From Alphaproteobacteria bacterium (lineage in GTDB: Bacteria; Pseudomonadota; Alphaproteobacteria; UBA9219): a DNA stretch of 36,257 nt. Under the pieces are notes generated by a model. It did no database searches, had not been told where the DNA came from, and saw only the letters and a list, made by a program, of their open reading frames with translations. This document shows positions 7,911 through 16,464 of this stretch, piece by piece. Location: contig JAXGVG010000001.1 of assembly GCA_040773965.1 (NCBI GenBank), positions 1-36,257 on the forward strand, given 5' to 3'. Made by a program: the position numbers and the translations under genes. Numbering within the stretch: the stretch's first letter is position 1; each line of letters starts with the position of its first letter.

Positions 7911-9422
7911 ATGAAGGTCAAACGTTACCTTTTCTGGTTCTTTCTTTTCCTAATGACTTTTTCTTTCGCCTTGCCGCTTCCGGCAGTCGCCTCGCGCAGC
8001 GGCCCGGCGGGTTTTGCCGATCTTGCGGAAAAACTTTTGCCTTCAGTGGTCAATATATCGACTTCGCAAACGATAACGATGCAGGGTGACTTTCCGGATT
8101 TCCCCGATTTACAGCTGCCGCCCGGCTCGCCTTTTGAGGAATTTTTCAAGGATTTCCTGGAAAAACAGGGGCGCAACGGCAAGGAGGGCGGCAAACCCCG
8201 CAAGCATAAAACCACGTCGCTGGGGTCCGGGTTCATTGTCGATTCGTCCGGTTACATCGTGACCAACAATCACGTCATTCAGGACGCCGACGAAATTACG
8301 GTCATTCTTCAGGACGACACCAACCTTCCCGCTACGCTTGTCGGGCGCGACAAGAAAACGGATCTGGCGCTTCTTAAGGTCGAGACCAAAAAGCCGCTGT
8401 CGGCCGTGGGCTGGGGCGACAGCGACAGGATTCGCGTCGGCGACTGGATTTTGGCTATCGGCAATCCTTTCGGGCTCGGCGGCACGGTGACGACGGGCAT
8501 TATTTCGGCGCGCGCGCGCGACATCAACTCAGGCCCTTATGACGATTATCTGCAAACCGACGCGCCTATCAATCGCGGCAATTCGGGCGGTCCCATGTTC
8601 AACATGGACGGCGAGGTTATCGGCGTGAACACCGCCATCTTTTCACCCTCCGGCGGGTCGATCGGCATCGGCTTCGCCATTCCCTCAACCATGGCGAAAA
8701 ACGTCATCGAGCAGCTTAAGACCATAGGCCACACGCGGCGCGGGTGGCTTGGCGTGAAAATTCAGGTCGTAACGCCGGAAATTGCCGAAAGCCTCGGCAT
8801 CGGCAAGCCGCGCGGCGCGCTGGTTTCCAGCGTGAACCCCGACGGACCGGCGGCCAAGGCTGCTGTCGAGCAGGGCGACGTGATTGTTACGTTCGACGGC
8901 AAGGAAGTGACGGAAATGCACCGCCTCCCCCGCATCGTGGCGGAAACCGAAGTGGACAAGACGGTGCCGATGACCGTCGTCCGGAAAGGCAAGGAACTAA
9001 CCTTGAACGTCAAGGTTGGCGAGCTTGAATCGCAGGATCAGGCGGCCGACGAAGAAAGCGAGAAGGACGAAATTAAACCGTCTGTCGCCAACGCCATAAA
9101 GGTTGAAGACCTTGGCCTGAGCGTCGCGTCCCTGACGGATATGTTGCGGAAGCGCTTCGACCTTAACAAGGATTCGACCGGCGTCGTCGTTGTAAGCGTG
9201 GAAAACGGCGAACTGGCGTCCGATTACGGGATCCAGACGGGGGACGTCATCAGCGAGGCATCGCAGAAAGAGATAAAGACGGGCAAGGACCTGATCGATA
9301 TTATCAGGGCCGCGAAGAAGGACGGGAAGCCGGTCCTTTTGCTCGTGGACCGGAAAGGCGATCTTCGCTTTGTCGCGGTGAGCTTTGCGAAAAAGAAGGA
9401 GAAGCCGAAGGGCAAGGATTAG
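7911..9422 (+). CDS. degP: periplasmic serine endoprotease DegP/HtrA family (two PDZ domains)
   Basis: Signal peptide, a trypsin-like triad context (VTNNHVI, DLALLKV, GNSGGPMFN) and two PDZ-like C-terminal segments. Confidence 0.9.
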   Translation: MKVKRYLFWFFLFLMTFSFALPLPAVASRSGPAGFADLAEKLLPSVVNISTSQTITMQGDFPDFPDLQLPPGSPFEEFFKDFLEKQGRNGKEGGKPRKHKTTSLGSGFIVDSSGYIVTNNHVIQDADEITVILQDDTNLPATLVGRDKKTDLALLKVETKKPLSAVGWGDSDRIRVGDWILAIGNPFGLGGTVTTGIISARARDINSGPYDDYLQTDAPINRGNSGGPMFNMDGEVIGVNTAIFSPSGGSIGIGFAIPSTMAKNVIEQLKTIGHTRRGWLGVKIQVVTPEIAESLGIGKPRGALVSSVNPDGPAAKAAVEQGDVIVTFDGKEVTEMHRLPRIVAETEVDKTVPMTVVRKGKELTLNVKVGELESQDQAADEESEKDEIKPSVANAIKVEDLGLSVASLTDMLRKRFDLNKDSTGVVVVSVENGELASDYGIQTGDVISEASQKEIKTGKDLIDIIRAAKKDGKPVLLLVDRKGDLRFVAVSFAKKKEKPKGKD

Positions 9423-10314
9423 CAAAACCGAATGCGTATATAAGCGCCGACAGATCGGCGTGATCGATCCGGTGGGGAATCGCTTCGCGAAGACAGGGCT
9501 TGGCGCGATAGGCGATGCCAAGCCCGCCGAATTCATTGCAGGCCTTGAGCATGGCCTCGTCGTTCGCGCCGTCGCCCACGGCGAGGATGTGATAAGGCTT
9601 AATGCCGGGTTCGAGACAGGCAAGGTCGAAGGCCTCTTTCTTGCTCATGCCGTTGCGAACGGGTTTGGCGATCCTGCCGGCAATCCTGCCCTTTTCCACT
9701 ATAAGTTCGTTGGCGAAAAAGCGGTCGAATCCGAGGCGATTCGCGACAATTTCCGCAAAATAGCCGTAACCCCCGCTGACCAGCCAGCATGGCGATGACC
9801 GCTCTTTCATGGACGCGATAAGCTCGACAGCGCCCGGCGTTGGCGTGATTGTCGCGGCGGCCCGTTTGAGAAGTTCCTCCGGTTGACCGGCGAAAACTTT
9901 TGTCCGGCTTACAAGCGATTCATCGAAGGGAATTTGGCCATGCATGCCACCCGAGGTGATGGCCCGGATTTCGTCGCCGCGAGCGATCAATGCGGCCATT
10001 TCGTCGATCAGTTCCTGTTCGATGATTGTGGATTCCATATCGGCGAGAAGGAAATTTTTCTTTCGATGTTCCACGGGCTGAACAACGACATCGATGGGGC
10101 GATTGCCTGTGATGGGCCGGATAATTTCGTAAAAGCCGGTCTCCTCAATGCGTTGTGCGAAAACATCGCACGCTTTTCCGGGGCAAAGCCATTCGGCGCG
10201 AACGCCGGATAATCCCCGGCGATTGAGCGTTTGCACAAGCCCGTCGATGAAGGCGGCGTCGAGGGCCGCGTTTTTGCCCCCAATCAATGTGGCGACGCAA
10301 AGGTTTTCCGGCAC
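9304..10314 (-). CDS. serB: phosphoserine phosphatase SerB (HAD superfamily), with an unusual 3' extension
   Basis: HAD motifs (LLADMESTII, WLVSGGY, GDGANDEAML). The GTG start overlaps the scpB stop (TAGTG). After the conserved end (ALIYAFGF) the frame stays open for about 40 low-complexity codons and overlaps the degP 3' end by 119 nt. Confidence 0.8.
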   Translation of the reverse strand: MPENLCVATLIGGKNAALDAAFIDGLVQTLNRRGLSGVRAEWLCPGKACDVFAQRIEETGFYEIIRPITGNRPIDVVVQPVEHRKKNFLLADMESTIIEQELIDEMAALIARGDEIRAITSGGMHGQIPFDESLVSRTKVFAGQPEELLKRAAATITPTPGAVELIASMKERSSPCWLVSGGYGYFAEIVANRLGFDRFFANELIVEKGRIAGRIAKPVRNGMSKKEAFDLACLEPGIKPYHILAVGDGANDEAMLKACNEFGGLGIAYRAKPCLREAIPHRIDHADLSALIYAFGFANPCPSASPSFSQSSPRQSEDRLSGPRAKGPASRPSSRP

Positions 10315-10970
10315 TAGAGGGCCGCCTCTTCCGGCTCGTCCTTGATCCAGCCGGAAAAATCGTCGTCGCTTGCGGCAAGCGTTTCCTTGTCTTCGTTTTC
10401 GCGAGGCAGAGTCTCAAGGACCGGGCGGGCATCTAGAAGCCCGGCGGCCTTGAGTTCTTCCATACCCGGCAACTCGTCCAGCGAGGCGAGATTGAAATGG
10501 CTCAGGAATTCCGGCGTTGTCTTCCACGTCAGCGGCTGGCCAGGCGAATCCCGGCGGCGACCGGGCCTGATCCAGCCAAGCTCGAGGAGAAGGTCGATAG
10601 TGCCCCGGCTCGTTTCCACGCCGCGGATGCTTTCGATTTCAGGGCGCGTGACCGGCTGGTGGTAGGCGATAATCGCCAGAACCTCGGCGGCGGCGCGCGG
10701 CAGTTTGCGGCGCGGATGCTTGGTGATTTTCAACCGGTCCGCGAGATCCGGCGCAGAGCGAAAACTCCATGTGCCGTCGATTGTGACAAGATTAACGCCG
10801 CGTTCCGTGTATTGCTCTTTCAGAAGATCGAGAAGCGCCATTACTTCCACGTCTTTACCGACCTGGTTCTGGAGCATGTCCAACGAAACGGGTTCGCCGC
10901 TAGCAAACAATACCGCTTCAAGAAGCCGCAGGTTTTCTTGTGTTTCGGGAGAAATTTTATTTTTGCTCAT
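10314..10970 (-). CDS. scpB: segregation and condensation protein B
   Basis: The N-terminus LLEAVLFASGEPVSLDML and the YHQPVTRPEIESIRGV winged-helix motif are typical of ScpB. ATGA overlap with scpA. Confidence 0.9.
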   Translation of the reverse strand: MSKNKISPETQENLRLLEAVLFASGEPVSLDMLQNQVGKDVEVMALLDLLKEQYTERGVNLVTIDGTWSFRSAPDLADRLKITKHPRRKLPRAAAEVLAIIAYHQPVTRPEIESIRGVETSRGTIDLLLELGWIRPGRRRDSPGQPLTWKTTPEFLSHFNLASLDELPGMEELKAAGLLDARPVLETLPRENEDKETLAASDDDFSGWIKDEPEEAAL

Positions 10971-11758
10971 GTTTCATCGCTCATAAACTCGGTTTTATCA
11001 CGGCGGCGCAGGTAAATCGGGGCAAAAGTGCCGTCTTGGCGTAGTTCCAACTCGCCGGCTTTGACCATCTCCAACGTGGCGGCGAATGTCGAGGCGATGG
11101 CGGATCGCGCTTCAACGCCGTCTCCTAGTTCATCCGGCAAAAAGCTCAGCAATGTGCCCCATTCCGGCATCACGCCCAAAAGGCGGCGTAAGCGCATGAG
11201 GCTTTCCTCCATGCTGTAAAGCCTTGTCGGGGCTATGTTAAACCGCTCCGGTTTCCGGCGACGTGCTGGAGCGCCTAGGGCTGTCAGAAGGTCGAAGAGC
11301 GGCAGGAAATAGATGGGTTTTTCTTCGACATTCACCTCTTCCGGGATGCCGCGCAGGAAGATGTCGACGCCAAGTTGCGGCAAAGACTGGATATCTTGGG
11401 CCGCTTTTCGCATAGATTCCAAGCGTTTAAGCTGGAACTTCAAGGCTTCAGCCATATCGGCCGGGTTGGGCTCTTCCGAGGGCAGCTCAGGCAGCAAAAG
11501 ACGGGATTTCAGGTACGCGAGCCATGCCGCCATAACAAGGTAGTCGGCGGCTATTTCGAGCTGTAGTTGCCGCGCTTTGGCTATGTAGGCAAGGTATTGC
11601 TCGGCCAGCGCAAGGATGGAAATCTTATTTAAATCAACCTTTTGGTCGCGTGCGAGCTCTAAAAGGAGGTCAATTGGGCCGTCAAAGCCCTCCAACGACA
11701 CGACCAAGTCACTGGCCGAGCCGGTTTCGGAAAAGGGTTCCTGAATCGCATCGCTCAT
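10967..11758 (-). CDS. scpA: segregation and condensation protein A (kleisin)
   Basis: The LEGFDGPIDLLLELARDQKVDLNKISILALAEQYL N-terminal motif is typical of ScpA. Confidence 0.9.
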   Translation of the reverse strand: MSDAIQEPFSETGSASDLVVSLEGFDGPIDLLLELARDQKVDLNKISILALAEQYLAYIAKARQLQLEIAADYLVMAAWLAYLKSRLLLPELPSEEPNPADMAEALKFQLKRLESMRKAAQDIQSLPQLGVDIFLRGIPEEVNVEEKPIYFLPLFDLLTALGAPARRRKPERFNIAPTRLYSMEESLMRLRRLLGVMPEWGTLLSFLPDELGDGVEARSAIASTFAATLEMVKAGELELRQDGTFAPIYLRRRDKTEFMSDET

Positions 11759-11843
11759 GCCCGTTCTTAGCGCCTTTTATGGGCCCAATCAACACGCGTT
11801 GGGGACCCGTTCAGGACGGGTTAAGGACCCGTTCGGGCCCTTT

Positions 11844-12884
11844 TTATGCCGTTTGCGTGCCATTTGAAACAGCCGCCTGGGCCCTTTGCCAGCGCGCCAG
11901 AGATGTGGAGCCGATGGCGGGAAGCGCATCGGCGATAAGCCTCATTTCCGGCAAAGTGCCGGGACAGTAGAGGACGATGTCGGCCCCTGCCCACAAGGCG
12001 CGAAGGGCGAGTTCGTCGAGATTGGATTTAGGGGCCTCATCCAAGCCGCACTCCCCCTCCCCTAACCCCTCCCTCGAGGGGAGGGGAAGTCTTCCGCCCG
12101 GCGCGGAAAGCGCCTTCATGGCGAGGTCGTCGGAAAACAGCAAGCCTTGGAAGCCAAGCGCGCCGCGTATGATTTCCTGGTGCACGATTGGCGAAAGCGA
12201 TACGGGCGCATCAGGATCAAGCGCTGTGAACACGATGTGGCTATTCATCCCGATGGGCGCGTCTTTCAGCGCGATGAATGGCGAGAAATCTTGCGCTTCC
12301 AATAGGGCGCGTTCCGTTTCCACCGTTGGCAATGTTAAATGCGGATCGGCTTTCACGCGGCCATGACCCGGCAAGTGCTTGATGACCGGGAACACGCCGT
12401 TTTCAAGATAAGTATCAACCGCAACCCGCCCCAACGCGGCGATGACGTCCGGTTTTGCGCTAAACGCGCGGTCGCCGATAACGCTCGACGCGCCTTCGAT
12501 AAAGAGGTCAAGCACCGGCGCGCAATTGCCGTTGATCCCGAGATCCGTCAGCATTTTGGCCGTCGTCCGCGCATGAAATTTCATGGCTTCAAGGCCCTGC
12601 TCCGGATTTTTTTCGTAAAGCTCGCCGATATCGCGCATGGGCGCGAGCGAGGGCCAATGCGGGGGTTTCAGGCGCGCGACGCGCCCGCCCTCCTGATCGA
12701 TGAAGATGGGCGCGTCGTTACGATTGACAACCTGGCGCAAGCCGCGCGTCAGTTGGCGGACTTGATCTGGCGTTTCGCAGTTGCGTTGAAAAAGAATGAA
12801 GCCGAACGGATTGGTTTCGGCAAAGAACCCGCTTTCTTCCTGCGTGAGCGTTGGGCCGGAACAGCCGAAGAGGATGGGTTTCAT
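11844..12884 (-). CDS. nagZ: beta-N-acetylhexosaminidase NagZ (GH3)
   Basis: GH3 motifs (GFILFQRN, IDQEGGRVARL, KHLPGHG, SDDLAMKAL). It contains an extra low-complexity segment (RLPLPSREGLGEGECG) encoded by a palindromic element. Confidence 0.9.
   Translation of the reverse strand: MKPILFGCSGPTLTQEESGFFAETNPFGFILFQRNCETPDQVRQLTRGLRQVVNRNDAPIFIDQEGGRVARLKPPHWPSLAPMRDIGELYEKNPEQGLEAMKFHARTTAKMLTDLGINGNCAPVLDLFIEGASSVIGDRAFSAKPDVIAALGRVAVDTYLENGVFPVIKHLPGHGRVKADPHLTLPTVETERALLEAQDFSPFIALKDAPIGMNSHIVFTALDPDAPVSLSPIVHQEIIRGALGFQGLLFSDDLAMKALSAPGGRLPLPSREGLGEGECGLDEAPKSNLDELALRALWAGADIVLYCPGTLPEMRLIADALPAIGSTSLARWQRAQAAVSNGTQTA
12051..12090. repeat. GC-rich palindromic element lying in frame inside nagZ
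   Basis: The palindrome CCCCTCCC-TCGAG-GGGAGGGG at 12066-12086 is preceded by a partial C-rich copy (CTCCCCCTCCCCTAA). It encodes PLPSREGLGEGE within NagZ. Confidence 0.55.
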
Positions 12885-12909
12885 GAGGAATATCCTTGAA
12901 AAAGCAATG

Positions 12910-13018
12910 CGTCATTCCGGCGCATGCCGGAATCTAGCGCGCCGCGTCTGCGGCGCACATATGATTCATAAGGCTCGCCGACGCTCGCCACTGGATCCCG
13001 GCATGCGCCGGGATGACG
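12910..13018. repeat. 109-nt triple-hairpin repeat, copy A
   Basis: Left hairpin ATTCCGGC-GCAT-GCCGGAAT, central GCGCCGC-GTCT-GCGGCGC, right ATCCCGGC-ATGC-GCCGGGAT. The two terminal hairpins are near inverted copies of each other. 95 of 109 positions are identical to copy B in an ungapped hand alignment. Confidence 0.8.
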
Positions 13019-13055
13019 CATGTGAAGTGAAAAACAACAAAGGCATACATTCTTT

Positions 13056-13343
13056 TTATTTATTGAGATCATCATGCAAATCTTTCCATTCGGGATTTAG
13101 GTTTTCAATAAGGTCAAGTTTCCAAGCCCTTTTCCATTCTTTGACATTCTTTTCTCGGAGGATGGCGTCCTCAATGCGATCATAAAGTTCAAAATATACA
13201 AGCCGATGCACATTGTATCGCGAGGTAAAACCCTTAATTGTACCGTCTTTATGTTCTTTAATACGACGCGCTAAATCGTTTGTTACGCCGGCATAAAGCG
13301 TTCCATTGCGGCGGCTGGAAAGGATGTAGAAAAACCCGCTCAT
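13056..13343 (-). CDS. GIY-YIG nuclease family protein (small URI-domain, COG2827-like)
   Basis: The N-terminus FFYILSSRRNGTLYAGVTNDLARRIKEHK carries the GIY...YxG motif, followed by RLVYFE and REKNVKEWKRAWK. These are hallmarks of the ~95-aa stand-alone GIY-YIG family. Confidence 0.85.
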   Translation of the reverse strand: MSGFFYILSSRRNGTLYAGVTNDLARRIKEHKDGTIKGFTSRYNVHRLVYFELYDRIEDAILREKNVKEWKRAWKLDLIENLNPEWKDLHDDLNK

Positions 13344-13351
13344 GTTCTATA

Positions 13352-13460
13352 CGTCATTTTGGTGAACGCCGGAATCTAGCGCACCGTGTCCGCGGCGCAT
13401 ATATGATTCATAAGGCTCGCGGACGCTCGCCGCTGGATCCCGGCTTTCGCCGGGATGACT
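13352..13460. repeat. 109-nt triple-hairpin repeat, copy B
   Basis: It has the same orientation as copy A. It begins 8 nt from the GIY-YIG start codon and ends 10 nt from the SPOR gene stop. The left-arm changes relative to copy A are C-to-T transitions. Confidence 0.8.
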
Positions 13461-13470
13461 ATTGGAGAAA

Positions 13471-14337
13471 TTACTGTCTCACCACAATGCACGGGGCTTT
13501 TCTGGCCCAAAGCTCGGCGCAAATGGCGCGCGCCTGCTCGTCCGACAAGGGTTCACTTTGCACGCGGTAATAGATGCCCTTGCTGCCGAGGTCGGCCTTT
13601 GTCAATTTAAGGGATACTTTGCCGAGCGACGACGCAAATTTCGTTTGCGTCTTTTTCATTTCCTTCTGCGCCAGCGTCATGTCCGGATAGGAGCCGAGCT
13701 GGACAAGGTAGGTTTTCGGCGGCTGGCCGGTGAATAGCTCCTTCGGGATCGAGCCGACAACCATCGATTTGCTTGAAGGTTTGGGCGGCGTCTCTTTCTT
13801 CGCCGATGTAACGGCTTTGGGAGCTTTTTCCGCTTTTTCAACTTCTTTGGGAGGCTCGGCGGGCGTCGTTTCCTGTGTCACGATGCCGCCCTCAACCGGT
13901 TGCGCAGGCGCGGCTGACAAGGCCTCTTCCTTCGTCACCGGGGCCGGAGGTGCCGGTTCGACAGGAGGGGCCGTTGCTGCCGACTCTTTGGGCGCTTCGG
14001 GCGGCGGGAGAAGATGTTCGACTTCAGGTTGGCGTTCGCTCGAATTTTTGTCGAGCTGCTGAAAGACCTGTTCGTCCTGATGCGGAATGTCGATGCCGCC
14101 GGGCTGTTCCGGGCGCTGTTTCACGGGACCTTCGGCCTGTATGGTTGGTATTTCCGTTTGCGCTTCGTCCTCGCCGCCGAAGATGGCGGAAAGCGCCCAT
14201 GCGCCGCCGCCGAGAACGATCAGCGCGGCAAGAAGAACAATAACGCGGCGCAACCGTCCCGGCGTCAGGCGTTGCCGTTTCGCAAAGTCGGAACGAACGG
14301 GGCGTTCGGGAAAAAGTTCAGGCGTTGGGTTGCTCAT
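13471..14337 (-). CDS. SPOR domain-containing protein (peptidoglycan-binding, division-associated)
   Basis: An N-terminal TM segment (VIVLLAALIVLGGGAWALSAIF), a Pro/Glu/Ala-rich linker and a C-terminal SPOR-like domain (YLVQLGSYPDMTLAQ...YYRVQSEPLSDEQARAICAEL). ATG 14337 (MSNPTPE) is preferred over 14418, which lies deep inside argS. Confidence 0.8.
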   Translation of the reverse strand: MSNPTPELFPERPVRSDFAKRQRLTPGRLRRVIVLLAALIVLGGGAWALSAIFGGEDEAQTEIPTIQAEGPVKQRPEQPGGIDIPHQDEQVFQQLDKNSSERQPEVEHLLPPPEAPKESAATAPPVEPAPPAPVTKEEALSAAPAQPVEGGIVTQETTPAEPPKEVEKAEKAPKAVTSAKKETPPKPSSKSMVVGSIPKELFTGQPPKTYLVQLGSYPDMTLAQKEMKKTQTKFASSLGKVSLKLTKADLGSKGIYYRVQSEPLSDEQARAICAELWARKAPCIVVRQ

Positions 14338-16090
14338 TGCGCATTTCCTCAAGTGGTGTGCATCCCATGACGGCGAGCCCGCCAGCGATGACCGTTTGCA
14401 CGGCCTTGACGAGCACAAGCCTTGCGCGCGTCAGGGCGGGGTTGTCGGGAAGGATGAAACGGAGTGTAGCATTGTCGTTGCCCTTGTTCCACAGGCTGTG
14501 AAAAACGGCGGCAAGATCCATGAGATAGAAGGCGATCCGGTGCGGCTCCTGGGCCTGAGCCGCCGCCTCAACAACACGGGGCCAGTTGGCTAGAAAGCGG
14601 ATCAGGGCCAGCTCGTCCGGCGAATGAAGGGCGCTGGCGTCGATTTTGGCCAATGCTTTGGCCGATTGATCCGCATCGGGCATCATTTCAGCCACATGGC
14701 GCAAAACGGAACAGCAACGCGCGTGCGCGTATTGCACATAAAAAACGGGATTGTCGCGCGTTTGCTCGACGACTTTGGCAAAATCGAACTCAAGCTCGGA
14801 CTCGGGGGCGCGGGTCAGCATGAAAAAGCGCACGGCCCCTGCCCCCACCTGCTCCACCATTTCGCGCAGCGTGATGAGATTGCCGGAACGCTTGGACAGC
14901 TTCACCGGCACGCCGTTCTTAAATATTTTAACGATGTTGTTGTAGATGACTTCGAGACGCGCCTTGTTATCGCTGAAGGCGGCTACGGCCGGACGCATGC
15001 GGTCGAGATAGCCGCCGTGATCCGTGCCGAGGATGTTGATCATGTACATAAAGCCGCGCTCGATCTTGTCATGGTGATAGGCAAGATCGGGCATCATGTA
15101 CGTCCATGCGCCGTCGCGTTTTTTGAGCGGCCTGTCGGTGCTATCCCCAAAACGGCTGGAGCGGAAAAGCGTGAGCGGCACGGGCTCCCAGTCCTCCATC
15201 GCCTTGCCCTTGGGCGGCGGTAGCGTGCCCACGTAGATAAGACCCTTGTCTTCAAGGAGCTTGAAAACCTTGTCGAGCGTGCCGTTTTCAATCAATTCGC
15301 GTTCATTGGTGAACACGTCGTGATGAATGCCGATAAGATCGAGATCCTCGCGGATCATGCCCATAATAAAATTCACGGCAAAGTCGCGGAGAGGAGCGAA
15401 CCATTCGGCTTCGGCTTTGCCCAGCCATTTTTTGCCATCGCGTTTGGCAAGCGCCGCCGCGACGTCCTTCAGGTATTCGCCGGGATACATGCCTTGCGGA
15501 ATTTCGCCGATGTTTTCGCCCAGCGCCTCGCGGTAGCGCAGATAGGTCGAGCGCGCGAGGGTATCCACCTGAGCGCCCGCGTCGTTAAAATAGTATTCGC
15601 GCGTGACGGCGTAACCCGCTTTGGTGAGAAGATTGCAGAGCGTATCGCCGATTACCGCGCCGCGCACGTGCCCCGCGTGCATGGGGCCTGTCGGATTTGC
15701 GGATACGAACTCGATGTTCACACGTTCTTTCTTGCCGAGCGCGCTGTCGCCATAGGCAATGCCCGCGTTCAGAATTTCTTTGAGTTCGTTCTGCCAGACT
15801 TCGGGTTTGAGGCGAAGGTTTATGAAACCGGGCCCGGCGACGTCCACGCTTGTCACGTTTGGAAGCGCTACCAGTTTCGGCTTCAGCAGTTCGGCAATCG
15901 CGCGCGGCGGTTTACCGGCGGATTTAGCCAGCATCATCGCGACGTTTGTGGCGAGATCGCCGTGCGCCGGGTCGCGCGGGGGTTCGACGATAAAAACGGG
16001 CATCGGCGCATTCAACGCCAACGCCCCCGATTTGATCAGGTCGTCTAGAATGGCCGTAACGGCCGCGTGCATGGTTTTAAAGATGGTCAT
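14318..16090 (-). CDS. argS: arginine--tRNA ligase
   Basis: Class I motifs (SANPTGPMHAGHVRG for HIGH, and a KLSKRSG KMSK-like motif) and the DALR anticodon-binding C-terminus. ATG 16090 (MTIFKT...) is preferred over the ORF opening at 16168. Confidence 0.92.
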   Translation of the reverse strand: MTIFKTMHAAVTAILDDLIKSGALALNAPMPVFIVEPPRDPAHGDLATNVAMMLAKSAGKPPRAIAELLKPKLVALPNVTSVDVAGPGFINLRLKPEVWQNELKEILNAGIAYGDSALGKKERVNIEFVSANPTGPMHAGHVRGAVIGDTLCNLLTKAGYAVTREYYFNDAGAQVDTLARSTYLRYREALGENIGEIPQGMYPGEYLKDVAAALAKRDGKKWLGKAEAEWFAPLRDFAVNFIMGMIREDLDLIGIHHDVFTNERELIENGTLDKVFKLLEDKGLIYVGTLPPPKGKAMEDWEPVPLTLFRSSRFGDSTDRPLKKRDGAWTYMMPDLAYHHDKIERGFMYMINILGTDHGGYLDRMRPAVAAFSDNKARLEVIYNNIVKIFKNGVPVKLSKRSGNLITLREMVEQVGAGAVRFFMLTRAPESELEFDFAKVVEQTRDNPVFYVQYAHARCCSVLRHVAEMMPDADQSAKALAKIDASALHSPDELALIRFLANWPRVVEAAAQAQEPHRIAFYLMDLAAVFHSLWNKGNDNATLRFILPDNPALTRARLVLVKAVQTVIAGGLAVMGCTPLEEMRNEQPNA

Positions 16091-16157
16091 GAGGGTATGT
16101 TTTCGCTCATTTCTCAATAAATTCAAGAGCATTTTTACTGTATTAAAGATGTTGCAA

Positions 16158-16179
16158 TTGTATAGCAAATGCTATACAA
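16158..16179. promoter_or_regulatory. perfect 10-bp-arm palindrome, candidate antitoxin operator
   Basis: TTGTATAGCA-AA-TGCTATACAA lies 19 nt upstream of the antitoxin ATG, just before the AGGAGG SD. It sits in the 108-nt gap shared with divergent argS. Confidence 0.55.
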
Positions 16180-16198
16180 CATATCAAGGAGGAAAAAC

Positions 16199-16456
16199 AT
16201 GCGCAAAACGGAAATGATCAATACACGCCTTGAGCCCAAGCTGAAAAAATCTTCCGAGGCTATATTCGCCCGTTTGGGGGTTTCTACTTCTGAAGCCATT
16301 ACCATGTTCTTGAATCAGGTGGTTATGCATAAGGGATTCCCCTTTCCAATTCGCATTCCAAATGCCCAAACGCGAGCGGCCATAAAAGAGGCAAAAGAAA
16401 GACGCAACCTTGAATCGCACGCTGATTTTTCTTCTTATTTAAAAACAATCAAGTAG
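16199..16456 (+). CDS. type II antitoxin, RelB/DinJ family
   Basis: The N-terminal ribbon-helix-helix signature INTRLEPKLKKSSEAIFARLGVSTSEAITMFLNQV is typical of DinJ/RelB. AGGAGG lies 7 nt upstream of ATG 16199. A toxin gene follows 8 nt downstream. Confidence 0.8.
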   Translation: MRKTEMINTRLEPKLKKSSEAIFARLGVSTSEAITMFLNQVVMHKGFPFPIRIPNAQTRAAIKEAKERRNLESHADFSSYLKTIK

Positions 16457-16464
16457 CTTGCGCG

